Source: Anaerolineaceae bacterium (GTDB taxonomy: Bacteria; Chloroflexota; Anaerolineae; Anaerolineales; Anaerolineaceae). From it: 64,000 nucleotides of DNA. Positions within the stretch are counted from its first letter, which is position 1. Every line of letters starts with the position of its first letter. The stretch spans positions 1 through 64,000 of the forward strand of contig JBAQLH010000021.1 of the NCBI GenBank assembly GCA_049301715.1, in the 5' to 3' direction. Made by a program: the position numbers and the translations under genes. The notes under the pieces were generated by a model. It had not been told where the DNA came from and did not search any database. It worked only from the letters and a program-made list of their open reading frames with translations. This document shows, in pieces, positions 9,474 through 19,491 of this stretch.

Positions 9474-9515
9474 CTCTAAACGAAAACATCTGCCCCTGCA
9501 ATCAGGGGCAGATGT
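9474..9515 (-). terminator. rho-independent terminator of the flotillin gene
   Basis: Perfect 12-bp stem CATCTGCCCCTG / CAGGGGCAGATG with loop CAAT. On the minus strand it is followed by UUUUCGUUUAGAGG. Lies immediately downstream of the CDS ending at 9541. Confidence 0.6.
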
Positions 9516-9540
9516 TGCTCATGTACCGGATGTGTTTTCT

Positions 9541-11538
9541 CTATTTTACCGCTGGTGGTGTGCTTTCACCTGAGGGTGTTTCTTTCTTTTCCTTCAAGCT
9601 CTGAAGGATCTCACTGCGCAGTTTTTCGGTATCTTCCCTGCGTTCCTTCGTTGTTCCATCGCTTACTTCCAAATTTAGTTTGTCCGAGAGCAATAGAGTC
9701 AGCAAGCCTTCCATAACGCCGCTGTTAGAGGCACTGCCTGATTCACCTCCACCGACCACCACCCGTGGCACGACATCTACACGGGATTGCTGCACCGCTT
9801 CGGCAAAGCGATTCATCACTTGTTGGGTCACCTGATACTTTGGTCCGCCATAAGCTGCCACCTGTTCTTCGGTAGCGATAGCCTGCGCAATACCGGTGCG
9901 GGCAATTTTTTCAGCTTCAGCATCAGCCAGGGCACGGATCTGGGCGGCCTGCTGCAGGGCACGCATGTAATCTGCCTTTCCCTGGTTAGAAAGCACCGTA
10001 ATACTCAGTTCTGATTCGGTAATATTGCGCTGCTGCTCGGTGCGTGCCTGAGCCTCGCGCAATTCCCGCTCCTTAGCTGCTGCATCCTGCTGGCGCTGGA
10101 AGGTCTCAATTTGTTCTACGGCAATCTGACGTGAACGCAATTGATTGAGGATAATCTCCATGTTTTTATCTTCGCCACTGGTAGTTGGGGTGCCGATCAA
10201 AACCTCCTCCAACTCCAAGTTGTAGTGCTGGAATTTATCTTTCATTTCCTGGCTTGAAATACGCTGAATATCGTTACGCTCCTGGATCAACTGGATCAAT
10301 GTGCGGGTCTGACCAACATTCTTGAAATAAGCGGATACCATTGGGTCCAGAGTCTGCTCGACCAATTTTTTAACATCCCCAAAACGCTGAACCACCAATG
10401 GGGCTTTCTGATAGTCAATATGGATCACTACCGAGAGCGGCAGAGAGGGCTCAAAGGCGTCCTTGGTGATCAGGGAGACTTCTGAGAGGTTCTCATCCAA
10501 ATTGTGCGATCCGACCTCAGATCTGATCCATTTAAGAATGATATTGGTTGTCGGTACTGGCACTACTTTACCTGCATAAGTATTAAAGGCGTACTTGCCA
10601 GGTAAAAGCGGTTCACTCCAGACACCCCGGCTGCCATTGCTTACCAGTTCCCCATGGCGGTAATCACTTCCAGAAAGATCTTCACCGGTTTTACCGGTAT
10701 AAGAGACAACTACCCCCACGAATCCAACCTCAATAATGGTCTTTTGAATCATCTCAACAGTTGCAAATAGCCGGTTGAGGTAATAGGTACCTTCTACCAA
10801 CACCTGCAACTGCCGCCCTCTCAAACCGTTGGCGTTGATAAAGCGGTCGGGCATCTGGAAATTATTGTGATAGGTTAACGGATCACTAAAATCCTCGCCC
10901 ACGACTGGGGCAATGATTTCACCTGAGGGCAGTGAAGGTCCATCATGGACGGTAACAATACCGATTGAGTCGTCCGAGTCTTTGATCACTACTGGCGTGA
11001 AACCCTTGCGGTTGTTGATCACAGTGGTCATACTCTCAATGACCCCTTGATCGTCCTTGCTAAGGGGTAGGTAATAAACACGCTCTTCGGTAATAACCAC
11101 AAACTGCGCCAGGTTGATGGCATAGGTGCCTTCCCGCAGAATCTGGCGTTGTGGACCGCGCTGACCACCATGACTGAGGAAGTGAGTCACATCCTGAAAA
11201 TCATTGGCAGTCGTGTTGGATGCCAAGACTTGCATTGCACTTAAAGGCTCACCATCTCGGGCGAAGATGTAGCCAATTTTACCCTGGGCAATGGTTACCA
11301 GAGGTTCAATGTGGACACGGTATTGAACCGGTATCAGGAAATGCAGACCACCGCGCAAAACATCCGGCTGGTAGCCCGCTTCGCCATGCAAGGCAATAAA
11401 ACCGCCTTTGACCGAACGACGCCCAAAGCGTTTTTCCACAATGCCGATCCGGTTATTGGGAATAAAACGAATCCCTGATAACAGGCTTAGCAGTAAAAGT
11501 ACTGCCACTATGATCAAAATGATAGTACGAGTTTCCAT
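9541..11538 (-). CDS. flotillin-like SPFH/Band-7 membrane protein (YqiK/FloT type)
   Basis: Start taken at ATG 11538 (AGGAG SD) rather than the ORF-track start. N-terminal TM helix, then GIRFIPNNRIGIVEKRFG and the SPFH core. Long Ala/Glu/Gln-rich coiled-coil flotillin region (EAEKIARTGIAQAIATEEQVAAYGG). Confidence 0.7.
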   Translation of the reverse strand: METRTIILIIVAVLLLLSLLSGIRFIPNNRIGIVEKRFGRRSVKGGFIALHGEAGYQPDVLRGGLHFLIPVQYRVHIEPLVTIAQGKIGYIFARDGEPLSAMQVLASNTTANDFQDVTHFLSHGGQRGPQRQILREGTYAINLAQFVVITEERVYYLPLSKDDQGVIESMTTVINNRKGFTPVVIKDSDDSIGIVTVHDGPSLPSGEIIAPVVGEDFSDPLTYHNNFQMPDRFINANGLRGRQLQVLVEGTYYLNRLFATVEMIQKTIIEVGFVGVVVSYTGKTGEDLSGSDYRHGELVSNGSRGVWSEPLLPGKYAFNTYAGKVVPVPTTNIILKWIRSEVGSHNLDENLSEVSLITKDAFEPSLPLSVVIHIDYQKAPLVVQRFGDVKKLVEQTLDPMVSAYFKNVGQTRTLIQLIQERNDIQRISSQEMKDKFQHYNLELEEVLIGTPTTSGEDKNMEIILNQLRSRQIAVEQIETFQRQQDAAAKERELREAQARTEQQRNITESELSITVLSNQGKADYMRALQQAAQIRALADAEAEKIARTGIAQAIATEEQVAAYGGPKYQVTQQVMNRFAEAVQQSRVDVVPRVVVGGGESGSASNSGVMEGLLTLLLSDKLNLEVSDGTTKERREDTEKLRSEILQSLKEKKETPSGESTPPAVK

Positions 11539-11786
11539 ATATTCTCCTTTGATTTTTTGAAGGGAAACTATGAATAAGTATACTCTCACCAATGGCTTAG
11601 ATACAATAGATAATATAGGCTTTCCTGGGTAGAAAAAATATTTTGGGCTATTTTGTGGAGAAAAAGGTGTAAGTGAATCATAAATATCTTCCGTAATGAG
11701 GATGACTAACATATGAAGATTAGCCGACGTTAAGCAAACGGGACTGTTTGACTTGAACAAGCCCTTGTGATACACTCCTGCCAATC

Positions 11787-11893
11787 TACTCATCCAGAGA
11801 GGTGGAGGGACCGGCCCAATGAAACCTCGGCAACCTGCAACTAAGGTAGGTGCCAATTCCGGCAGAATTAAGCCAAATTCTGGAAGATGAGGC
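11787..11893 (+). promoter_or_regulatory. SAM-I riboswitch (S-box leader) aptamer
   Basis: The S-box core is read directly: P1 CTCATCC...GGAAGATGAG enclosing AGAGAGGTGGAGGGACCGGCCCAATGAAACCTCGGCAACC...GTGCCAATTCCGGCAGA. Lies ~75 nt upstream of metH. Confidence 0.8.
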
Positions 11894-11911
11894 AAAACTT
11901 GCAACAGCAAT

Positions 11912-11938
11912 AGTGCCTCTGATAAAGAGGCATTTTTT
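11912..11938 (+). terminator. intrinsic terminator of the S-box expression platform
   Basis: GTGCCTCT-GATAA-AGAGGCA followed by TTTTTT, between the aptamer and the metH start codon. Confidence 0.55.
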
Positions 11939-11967
11939 AACTATAATATCTGCAAGCGAGGTGCTTA

Positions 11968-14900
11968 ATGCAAAAACAACCCCTCATCAAGAAAACGGCC
12001 TACCTGGAGGCTCTTAACCAGCGTGTCCTAATTTTTGACGGCGCTATGGGCACCAATCTGCAAGCCATGAACCTGACCGAAGTTGATTTTGGTGGCAAGC
12101 AGTTGGTAGGCTGCAACGACTGTTTGGTTCTCTCCTCTCCCGAAAGTGTTGCCAAAGTGCACCGCTCCTTTATGGAAGCCGGCGCAGACGTGCTCGAAAC
12201 CGACACCTTTCGTGCCAACCGTCTGACTCTGGCAGACTATGGTATGGCTGACCGCACAATCGAACTGAACCGGAAAGCTGCCCGATTGGCGCGCGGAGTG
12301 GCAGATATCTACAGCACCCCCGATAAACCGCGCTTTGTTGCCGGCTCAATCGGACCTTCCGGCAAGCTGATCTCCACTGATGACCCGCAGATGTCTGATA
12401 TCACCTTTGACGAATTGGCAGATGTCTTCCGCGAGCAAGCCAGCGGGCTGATCCAGGGAGGGGTGGATTTGCTGCTGATAGAAACTCAGCAAGATATTCT
12501 GGAGGTTAAAGCCATCGTGGAAGGCATTCGGCAGGCTTTCCAAGAAGAGGGTATGATACTGCCCATTCAGGCCCAGGTTACCCTGGATGTGAATGGCAAA
12601 ATGCTGCTAGGCACGGAAATCTCGGCTGCTCTCGCTATCCTGGACGGATTGGGTGTAGACGTGGTTGGTTTAAACTGCTCCACCGGGCCCGAACACATGC
12701 GCGCTTCAATCGAGTACCTGAGTGAACATAGCAACATACCCATTTCGTGTATTCCCAATGCCGGTTTGCCAATGAACGTCAATGGCGAAGCGGTTTATCC
12801 CATGCAGCCCGAGCCTTTCTCTGATCTCCTTTCGGACTACGTCAGTAAATATGGCGTGCGGGTAGTCGGGGGTTGCTGCGGCACCACTCCCGAGCACATC
12901 CGCAATCTGGCGGCAAAGATTGGGGAGGTGCGCGCAGCCCCACTCAATGCTGTACCTCAGGCAGCGCTGGCTTCACCTGTGCAGGCTGTTCCGGTCGAAC
13001 AGGAACCCGTTCCTTTCCTGATCGGAGAGCGCCTCAACGCCCAGGGATCGCGGGCTTTCAAAAAGCTTCTTCTGGCTGAGGACTTTGACGGCATGCTTCA
13101 GATCGCGCGGGACCAGGTGGAAACTGGTGCGCACGGTCTGGACGTGAGTGTGGCAGTGACTGAACGTACAGACGAGCTTGAAATGATGACCAAGCTGGTC
13201 AAACGGCTTTCATTAGAAGTGCCAGTGCCACTGATCATTGATACCACCGAACCGGATGTGGTTGAATCGGCTCTGAAAACTTTCCCCGGGCGTTGTCTGA
13301 TCAACTCCACCAACCTGGAATCAGGAGAAATCAAACCTCGCAGGATTTTTTCGTTAGTAAAAAAATATAGTTCGATGGTATTAATGCTGACAATCGATGA
13401 AGCTGGCATGGCCAAGACGGCTGAACGCAAGCTGGAAATTGCCCAGCGTTTGTACCGCCTGGCGGTGGACGAATTCGCGCTAAGACCGCAGGACCTGATA
13501 TTTGACGACTTGACCTTTACCTTGGCAACCGGCGAGGAAGTCTACCGCAGTTCCGCCATTGAGACTCTCCGGGGTTTGACCCTGATCAAGCAGCATCTTC
13601 CCGGTGTGCACACCTCGCTGGGTATCAGCAATGTTTCTTTTGGGCTTTCACCTGCCTCCCGCAAGGTAGTCAACAGTGTTTTCCTATACCACGCTGTCAA
13701 AGCCGGCTTGGATATGGCTATCGTTAACCCAGCCCAGATCAAACCCTATGCTGAAATTCCGGAAAACGAACGCGCTCTGGCTGAAGCACTGATCTTCAAC
13801 CGCAATGAAAAAGCTCTGGCTGATCTGATTGCTTACTTTGATGCCAACCCGGAAACTGGTAGTGAGGAGCCAGGGAAAGCCTCTCCTTTTGATGGCTTAA
13901 ATCCCAGGGAAAGGCTCAAAGCCCGCATTTTATTGCGGCAAAAGGTCGGGGTGGAACAGGATGTCGATGACATTCTAACCCTTGATCCTGACCTTCCAGC
14001 CAGCGAGAAAGCTGTCGCACTCTTGAACGAAGTGCTTTTGCCTGCCATGAAGGAGGTTGGCGATAAATTCGGTGCCGGAGAACTGATCTTGCCCTTTGTA
14101 CTACAGTCGGCTGAAGTGATGAAAAAAGCAGTGGCTTACCTGGAAAATTACCTCGAAAAGAAGGAAAATCCCAGCAAGGGAAAACTTGTTCTGGCTACCG
14201 TATATGGAGATGTGCACGATATCGGTAAAAACCTGGTCAAGACGATCCTTTCCAACAACGGTTATGAGGTGATTGACCTGGGCAAGCAGGTGCCAGCCGA
14301 GACCATAATTCAGGCTGCTATCGATGAAAATGCCACGGCAATCGGATTGAGCGCCTTGTTGGTTTCTACGAGCAAACAGATGCCTTTGATTGTCAACGAA
14401 TTACAGCGCCGCAAGCTCAATTTCCCGGTCCTGATCGGAGGAGCTGCCATCAATCCCCGTTTTGGATGGCGCATTTTCAAGAGTGAGGATGGTAGTTTCT
14501 ATGAACCGGGCGTTTTTTACTGCAAGGATGCCTTTGAAGGCTTGGCAGTTATGGACGCCCTGGCAGACCCCGCCAAGCGCCAGACTTTACTGGTAGACAC
14601 CCGCCGGAAGGCAGAATACGAATTTGCTGCTCCCCATGCCCACATAGAGAAAGGCAGTGCTTCCGCTCGACCCGCTTCATTAGCACCGGCCGGGTTCATC
14701 CCTTCCATAAAACAATGGGGGCCGCGTGTTGTTGAAAATATGCCCCTGCAGTTGGTGGCAAAACATCTCAACCTTAATGAACTTTACCGACTTTCCTGGG
14801 GAGCCAAGAACACCCACGGTGAGGAATGGCAAAAATTGCAGGCTGAGTTTGACCAGCGCAGAATAGACATGCTGGCAAAGGCAGAAAAAGAAGGCTGGCT

Positions 14901-15489
14901 CAAGCCCAGGGCAGTGTATGGCTACTGGCCGGCTTTGGCAGATGGCAACAGCCTTCTGGTTTTCGATCCGAAGACTTTAAACGACAACAATCCCAAAGTG
15001 CTGGAGCGTTTTGAATTCCCTCGGCAAGCAGGAGGGGAGGGATTGTGTTTGGCAGATTACTTCCTGCCGGTCGGTTCGAATGAATTTGACCTGGTAGCTT
15101 TCCAGGTGGCAACAGTAGGGGCGGAAGCCACCCAGCGCTTTTCCGAGCTGGAACAAAAGGATGCCTATTCCCAAGCATATTACCAGCACGGTCTTTCGGT
15201 GCAGATGGCAGAGGCGACCGCTGATTACCTTCACGACCATATTCGCCAGGAGTTGGGTTTGCTGCGAGGGCAGGGCTTGCGTTATTCCTGGGGCTACCCG
15301 GCCATACCGGAATTGTCAGACCATCGCAAAATCTTTAACCTTTTGCCGGCCGAATCCGCCCTGGGAATGAGCCTAACGTCAGCTTATCAACTGGTTCCGG
15401 AGCAGTCAACGGCCGCGATTATTATCCATCATCCTGCAGCCAAGTATTTTAATGTCGGAGTGAACCGCTTGGAGCAGCTGCTAAATTAA
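11968..15489 (+). CDS. metH: cobalamin-dependent methionine synthase, full length
   Basis: 1173 aa with GAGGTG SD. Homocysteine-binding domain (DGAMGT...GGCCGTTPEHI). Pterin-binding domain. B12-binding domain (GDVHDIGKN). C-terminal AdoMet reactivation domain. Confidence 0.9.
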   Translation: MQKQPLIKKTAYLEALNQRVLIFDGAMGTNLQAMNLTEVDFGGKQLVGCNDCLVLSSPESVAKVHRSFMEAGADVLETDTFRANRLTLADYGMADRTIELNRKAARLARGVADIYSTPDKPRFVAGSIGPSGKLISTDDPQMSDITFDELADVFREQASGLIQGGVDLLLIETQQDILEVKAIVEGIRQAFQEEGMILPIQAQVTLDVNGKMLLGTEISAALAILDGLGVDVVGLNCSTGPEHMRASIEYLSEHSNIPISCIPNAGLPMNVNGEAVYPMQPEPFSDLLSDYVSKYGVRVVGGCCGTTPEHIRNLAAKIGEVRAAPLNAVPQAALASPVQAVPVEQEPVPFLIGERLNAQGSRAFKKLLLAEDFDGMLQIARDQVETGAHGLDVSVAVTERTDELEMMTKLVKRLSLEVPVPLIIDTTEPDVVESALKTFPGRCLINSTNLESGEIKPRRIFSLVKKYSSMVLMLTIDEAGMAKTAERKLEIAQRLYRLAVDEFALRPQDLIFDDLTFTLATGEEVYRSSAIETLRGLTLIKQHLPGVHTSLGISNVSFGLSPASRKVVNSVFLYHAVKAGLDMAIVNPAQIKPYAEIPENERALAEALIFNRNEKALADLIAYFDANPETGSEEPGKASPFDGLNPRERLKARILLRQKVGVEQDVDDILTLDPDLPASEKAVALLNEVLLPAMKEVGDKFGAGELILPFVLQSAEVMKKAVAYLENYLEKKENPSKGKLVLATVYGDVHDIGKNLVKTILSNNGYEVIDLGKQVPAETIIQAAIDENATAIGLSALLVSTSKQMPLIVNELQRRKLNFPVLIGGAAINPRFGWRIFKSEDGSFYEPGVFYCKDAFEGLAVMDALADPAKRQTLLVDTRRKAEYEFAAPHAHIEKGSASARPASLAPAGFIPSIKQWGPRVVENMPLQLVAKHLNLNELYRLSWGAKNTHGEEWQKLQAEFDQRRIDMLAKAEKEGWLKPRAVYGYWPALADGNSLLVFDPKTLNDNNPKVLERFEFPRQAGGEGLCLADYFLPVGSNEFDLVAFQVATVGAEATQRFSELEQKDAYSQAYYQHGLSVQMAEATADYLHDHIRQELGLLRGQGLRYSWGYPAIPELSDHRKIFNLLPAESALGMSLTSAYQLVPEQSTAAIIIHHPAAKYFNVGVNRLEQLLN

Positions 15490-15511
15490 TTGGAAATATG
15501 TGAGGTCTACA

Positions 15512-17371
15512 ATGAGCAACAAATTCTTGGATCGGCTTGATCAGGATCCCAAACCCTTGGTGGCAGATGGTGCCATGGGCACCCTTCTGCACGAACGGGG
15601 AGTTGAGTTCGATACCAGTTTTGACTTCCTTAATATTCAGAACCCGGCCATAGTGGCAGAGATCCACGGTGAATATATCCAAGCCGGGGCGGAAATGATC
15701 AAGACCAATACTTTCAGCGCCAACCGAATCAAACTAAGCCGCTACAAGATGGAACAAAGCGTCCAGGAAATCAATCGCAAAGCGGTGCAGTTGGCAAGAC
15801 AGGTAGTCGAAGGTTCCTTCAAAGACGTTATGATTGCCGGTGATATTGGCCCATTAGGCGTCCCTTTGGCGCCCTTTGGCAGGGTTCAGCCGGAGGAAGC
15901 CCGCGAAATCTATCGGGAGCAGATGACAGCCCTGGCTAAAGAAGGGGTAGACCTGCTGTTGATTGAAACTTTTTCTGACCTTTACCTGCTGCGCGAAGCC
16001 ATCACAGCCGCCCGCGAAGTAGATCCGACCTTGCCTGTGATTGCCTCTATGACCTTCACCCGGGACAAGCGCACTCTACTTGGGGATGACCCGGTGAAAG
16101 TCGCCAATGCACTGGTAGAATACGGCGCAGATGTGATCGGGGTAAACTGTTCGGGGGGGCCAGTGCAGTTGCTGAATATCATCAAAATCATGCATGCTGC
16201 CCAGCCTAACGCCCGCATCTCGGTCATGCCAAATGCTGGCTTCCCGGAACAAGTCGGCGGGCGTATTATGTACCCAGCCGGACCAGCGTATTTCCGCGAT
16301 TTTGCCATTTCCTTCTGGAAAGCCGGTGCACGCGTGATTGGCGGCTGCTGCGGTACAACACCTAAACATATTGCCGTGATCAGCGAAACTATCCAATCCG
16401 CCAATGTGGAACAAATCCAACATGAAGTATCAATCCAGGAAAAACAGCCTTTAGAAGTTCAAGTTACCGAAGGCGACACCTCCAAACTGCAGGAAAAATT
16501 GGCAGCAGGAAAGTTTGTAAAAGCCGTAGAGATTGACCCGCCCAGGGGATTTTCTACCCACAAACTGATGGCGGGGGCAAGTCTGCTGGCAGATGCCGGG
16601 GCAGATGTGATTGATGTGGCAGATAGCCCCATGGCGCGTATGCGTATGAGCCCATGGGGGGTGTGTCAGTTAATCCAATCCCAGCTTAAGGTCGAAACCA
16701 CTCTACACTTTCCCACTCGCGGGCGCAACCTGCTGAGAGTTCAGGGAGATTTACTGGCAGCGCATGCCCTGGGAATCCGCAATGTGTTTGTCATCATGGG
16801 CGACCCCACTGCCATTGGGGACTATCCCGATGCCATGGATAATTATGACCTGGTTCCTTCCGGTTTGATCAAACTGATCAAACAGGGCTTGAACGCCGGA
16901 TTCGACCATGCAGGCGGCAAGATTGGTCAGCCGACCTCCTTTTTTGTGGGCGGAGCAGTAGACCTGGCTTCTGAAAACCTGGAACGCGAGGTAAAACTGG
17001 TGCACAAGAAAGTGGAAGCCGGAGTAGATTTCTTGTTGAGCCAGCCAGTCTTTGAGCCAGTCAAAATCAGCGAATTTCATAAAGCCTATGAAAAAGAATA
17101 TGGGACGTTTGACCTGCCCATCCTGGTCGGAATTCTGCCGCTGGCATCTGACAGGCATGCCCGTTTCCTGCATAACGAAGTGCCGGGGATCAGCATCCCC
17201 GAAACCATTCAAATCAGGATGGAAAAGGCAAGCGACCAGGGAGCACAGCAAGGCGTGCTTATTGCCAGGACTTTAATTGAAGAAATCCGCCCGCTGGCAC
17301 AGGGAGTCTACTTCATGCCTCAGTTCAGCCGTTACGACCTGGTTGCTGAGATCATCGCTGAGATGCAGTAA
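15512..17371 (+). CDS. yitJ: bifunctional homocysteine S-methyltransferase / 5,10-methylenetetrahydrofolate reductase (YitJ-like)
   Basis: ATG at 15512 with GTGAGGT SD; the ORF-track start at 15500 is a GTG. N-terminal HMT domain (DGAMGT...GGCCGTTPKHI) fused to a C-terminal MTHFR domain. Second gene of the S-box operon. Confidence 0.85.
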   Translation: MSNKFLDRLDQDPKPLVADGAMGTLLHERGVEFDTSFDFLNIQNPAIVAEIHGEYIQAGAEMIKTNTFSANRIKLSRYKMEQSVQEINRKAVQLARQVVEGSFKDVMIAGDIGPLGVPLAPFGRVQPEEAREIYREQMTALAKEGVDLLLIETFSDLYLLREAITAAREVDPTLPVIASMTFTRDKRTLLGDDPVKVANALVEYGADVIGVNCSGGPVQLLNIIKIMHAAQPNARISVMPNAGFPEQVGGRIMYPAGPAYFRDFAISFWKAGARVIGGCCGTTPKHIAVISETIQSANVEQIQHEVSIQEKQPLEVQVTEGDTSKLQEKLAAGKFVKAVEIDPPRGFSTHKLMAGASLLADAGADVIDVADSPMARMRMSPWGVCQLIQSQLKVETTLHFPTRGRNLLRVQGDLLAAHALGIRNVFVIMGDPTAIGDYPDAMDNYDLVPSGLIKLIKQGLNAGFDHAGGKIGQPTSFFVGGAVDLASENLEREVKLVHKKVEAGVDFLLSQPVFEPVKISEFHKAYEKEYGTFDLPILVGILPLASDRHARFLHNEVPGISIPETIQIRMEKASDQGAQQGVLIARTLIEEIRPLAQGVYFMPQFSRYDLVAEIIAEMQ

Positions 17372-17442
17372 GCAGGTGACTTGACCGCAAAAAAGCCTTG
17401 TCCGCGAAATGGAGTAAAATAACAGGTAACACGGAGGTACGT

Positions 17443-18648
17443 ATGAAAAAGACTCATCTTTTCCTTCTGCCGATCATTGCTATCGTCCTGCTGGTCACAG
17501 CCTGTGAAGGCGGAGTTGCCACCGCGACCTTGAGTTCTGACCAGGCTACCGCAGTTGCTCAGACCCTGACTGCCCTGACACCAACCAAATCTCCAACTTC
17601 TGAAAACACCCCGACAATTCTGCCGACCAATACCGCCACGGTGGCACCCACAAATACCCCTGTTCCTGTGACAGCCATCGGTCCGGATAATTTTCCGGCT
17701 GATGTAAACCCGCTGACCGGGCTGAAAGTGGAAGACCCGACCTTGCTGGACCGCCGACCGGTTATGATCAAGGTTGCCAATTATCCTGCCATCGGCCGGC
17801 CGCATGCCGGTCTATCCTATGCCGATATTGTCTGGGAATATTACATTGGGGGCGGTTCCAACCGCTTTATGGCGCTCTATTATGGGCAGGATTGTGAAAA
17901 GGTTGGTCCCGTGCGTTCCGGCCGCATGGTAGACCCGGAACTGGTGACCATGTACCAAGGTGTGCTGGCTTTCTCCGGCGCCAATGAGGAAAACGTGCTT
18001 CCGAGGATCAATCAAGTCTTGGGAAATCGAACTATAACAGAAAACGTTTGTCCAGGTCTTTGCCGCGATGATTGGACGGTTACCGGCGTCTTTGGGAATA
18101 CCGCAGATATTACCGACCTGATGCAGACCCGCGGGGTTGATATAACTGACCCAGACCTAACCGGTATGCTGTTTGATACAGTCGTACCCTCCGGCGGCGA
18201 AGAAGCTGAGAAAGCCACCTTGTTCTTCAATTACTACGACAAAGGCGACTGGGTTTACGACCAGGAGAGCGGCAAATACCTGCGCTGGATCGAAGATGGT
18301 TATAACTATGACCTGATGATCCCCCTGGTAGACCGCCTGACCAATGAACAGTTGGCGTTTTCCAATGTAATCATGGTCTATGCTTACTATACCGAAAGAA
18401 CTTCAGTATTACATGAGATTGGCATCTGGGATAATACCGAAGGTCAAAAAGCAGTTGTCTTCCGTGACGGTCAGGCCTTTGATGTGATCTGGAAAACCAC
18501 AAACCAGGAAAGGCCGATGCAATTCTTTGACGAAGAAGGCAACCTCTTTCCTCTGAAGCCAGGTAATACCTGGATTGGATTGATCGGCACAACTTCAACG
18601 GTGCAAGTATCCGATGGGGATTGGACCTTCACGTTTAGCATTCCCTGA
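17443..18648 (+). CDS. secreted lipoprotein, DUF3048 (YerB)-like
   Basis: GGAGGT SD. Signal peptide with lipobox (LLVTAC). Thr/Pro-rich linker. Conserved core (MIKVANYPAIGRPHAGLSYADIVWEYYIGGGSNRFMALYY) resembles DUF3048 lipoproteins, recalled from memory rather than checked. Confidence 0.45.
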   Translation: MKKTHLFLLPIIAIVLLVTACEGGVATATLSSDQATAVAQTLTALTPTKSPTSENTPTILPTNTATVAPTNTPVPVTAIGPDNFPADVNPLTGLKVEDPTLLDRRPVMIKVANYPAIGRPHAGLSYADIVWEYYIGGGSNRFMALYYGQDCEKVGPVRSGRMVDPELVTMYQGVLAFSGANEENVLPRINQVLGNRTITENVCPGLCRDDWTVTGVFGNTADITDLMQTRGVDITDPDLTGMLFDTVVPSGGEEAEKATLFFNYYDKGDWVYDQESGKYLRWIEDGYNYDLMIPLVDRLTNEQLAFSNVIMVYAYYTERTSVLHEIGIWDNTEGQKAVVFRDGQAFDVIWKTTNQERPMQFFDEEGNLFPLKPGNTWIGLIGTTSTVQVSDGDWTFTFSIP

Positions 18649-18653
18649 TCTTT

Positions 18654-19379
18654 GTGCGAACCCTGGTTATTTCTGACATTCATGCCAATGCCACGGCGCT
18701 TGAAGCTGTTTTGGCGGACGCCGGTGCGTTTGAGCGGGTCTGGTGCCTGGGAGATGTGGTTGGCTACGGACCCGATTCCAATGAATGTGTCTCGATATTG
18801 AAGTCTCTTCCGAATCTAGTCTGCATTATGGGCAACCATGATGCGGCTTTACTCGGGCTGATTGACTTGACAGCATTTAACTTTGAAGCACAGGCTGCCT
18901 TACAGGTTCAAGCCCAGCAGCTCAATTTCGAATCAAGAGATTTTCTTGAACTGCTTGAGGTTTCCACTTCAATGGACGGGGTCACCCTGGCGCATGGCAG
19001 CCCCAGAAACCCCATCTGGGAATATATCCTGAATGTTACAATCGCCCGGCAAAACTTCGCTGCCTTCCCTACGCAGATATGTCTGATTGGCCACTCCCAC
19101 ATTCCCTCTATTTTTGTGGAAGAGCCGGATAGGGAGATTACCGTGCTGCTGCCTCATTCCGGAGATATGTGGAGGAGCAAGAAACGCTTTATCCTCAACC
19201 CGGGGTCGGTTGGTCAGCCACGCGACCGGGATCCAAGAGCATCTTATGTTATCTGGGATGACCAGGAAGCGATCTGGCAATATCACAGGGTGAAATATAA
19301 CATCCCGCCTGTTCAGAAGAGGATTATAGATCTGGGAATTCCTGCCAGGCACGCTTATCGGCTTTCACAGGGTATTTGA
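18654..19379 (+). CDS. metallophosphoesterase (calcineurin-like phosphoesterase family)
   Basis: GTG start. Metal-ligand motifs DIHAN, GDVVGYGPD and GNHD. Confidence 0.75.
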   Translation: MRTLVISDIHANATALEAVLADAGAFERVWCLGDVVGYGPDSNECVSILKSLPNLVCIMGNHDAALLGLIDLTAFNFEAQAALQVQAQQLNFESRDFLELLEVSTSMDGVTLAHGSPRNPIWEYILNVTIARQNFAAFPTQICLIGHSHIPSIFVEEPDREITVLLPHSGDMWRSKKRFILNPGSVGQPRDRDPRASYVIWDDQEAIWQYHRVKYNIPPVQKRIIDLGIPARHAYRLSQGI

Positions 19380-19491
19380 TTCATTTTCAAACAAAGCCAA
19401 GTTTTTCGTGTTCCAATCAAGGAACAAATCTTCCTCTCGAGCGTCTTAGATACAGAAGCCCTGTACTGAAATAATAGAAAACGGAGAAGAT

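Noticed and set aside
12000-17805. Numerous short antisense or alternate-frame ORFs within metH and the HMT-MTHFR gene
   Set aside because: They are embedded in long, motif-rich coding frames and have no SDs or conserved features.
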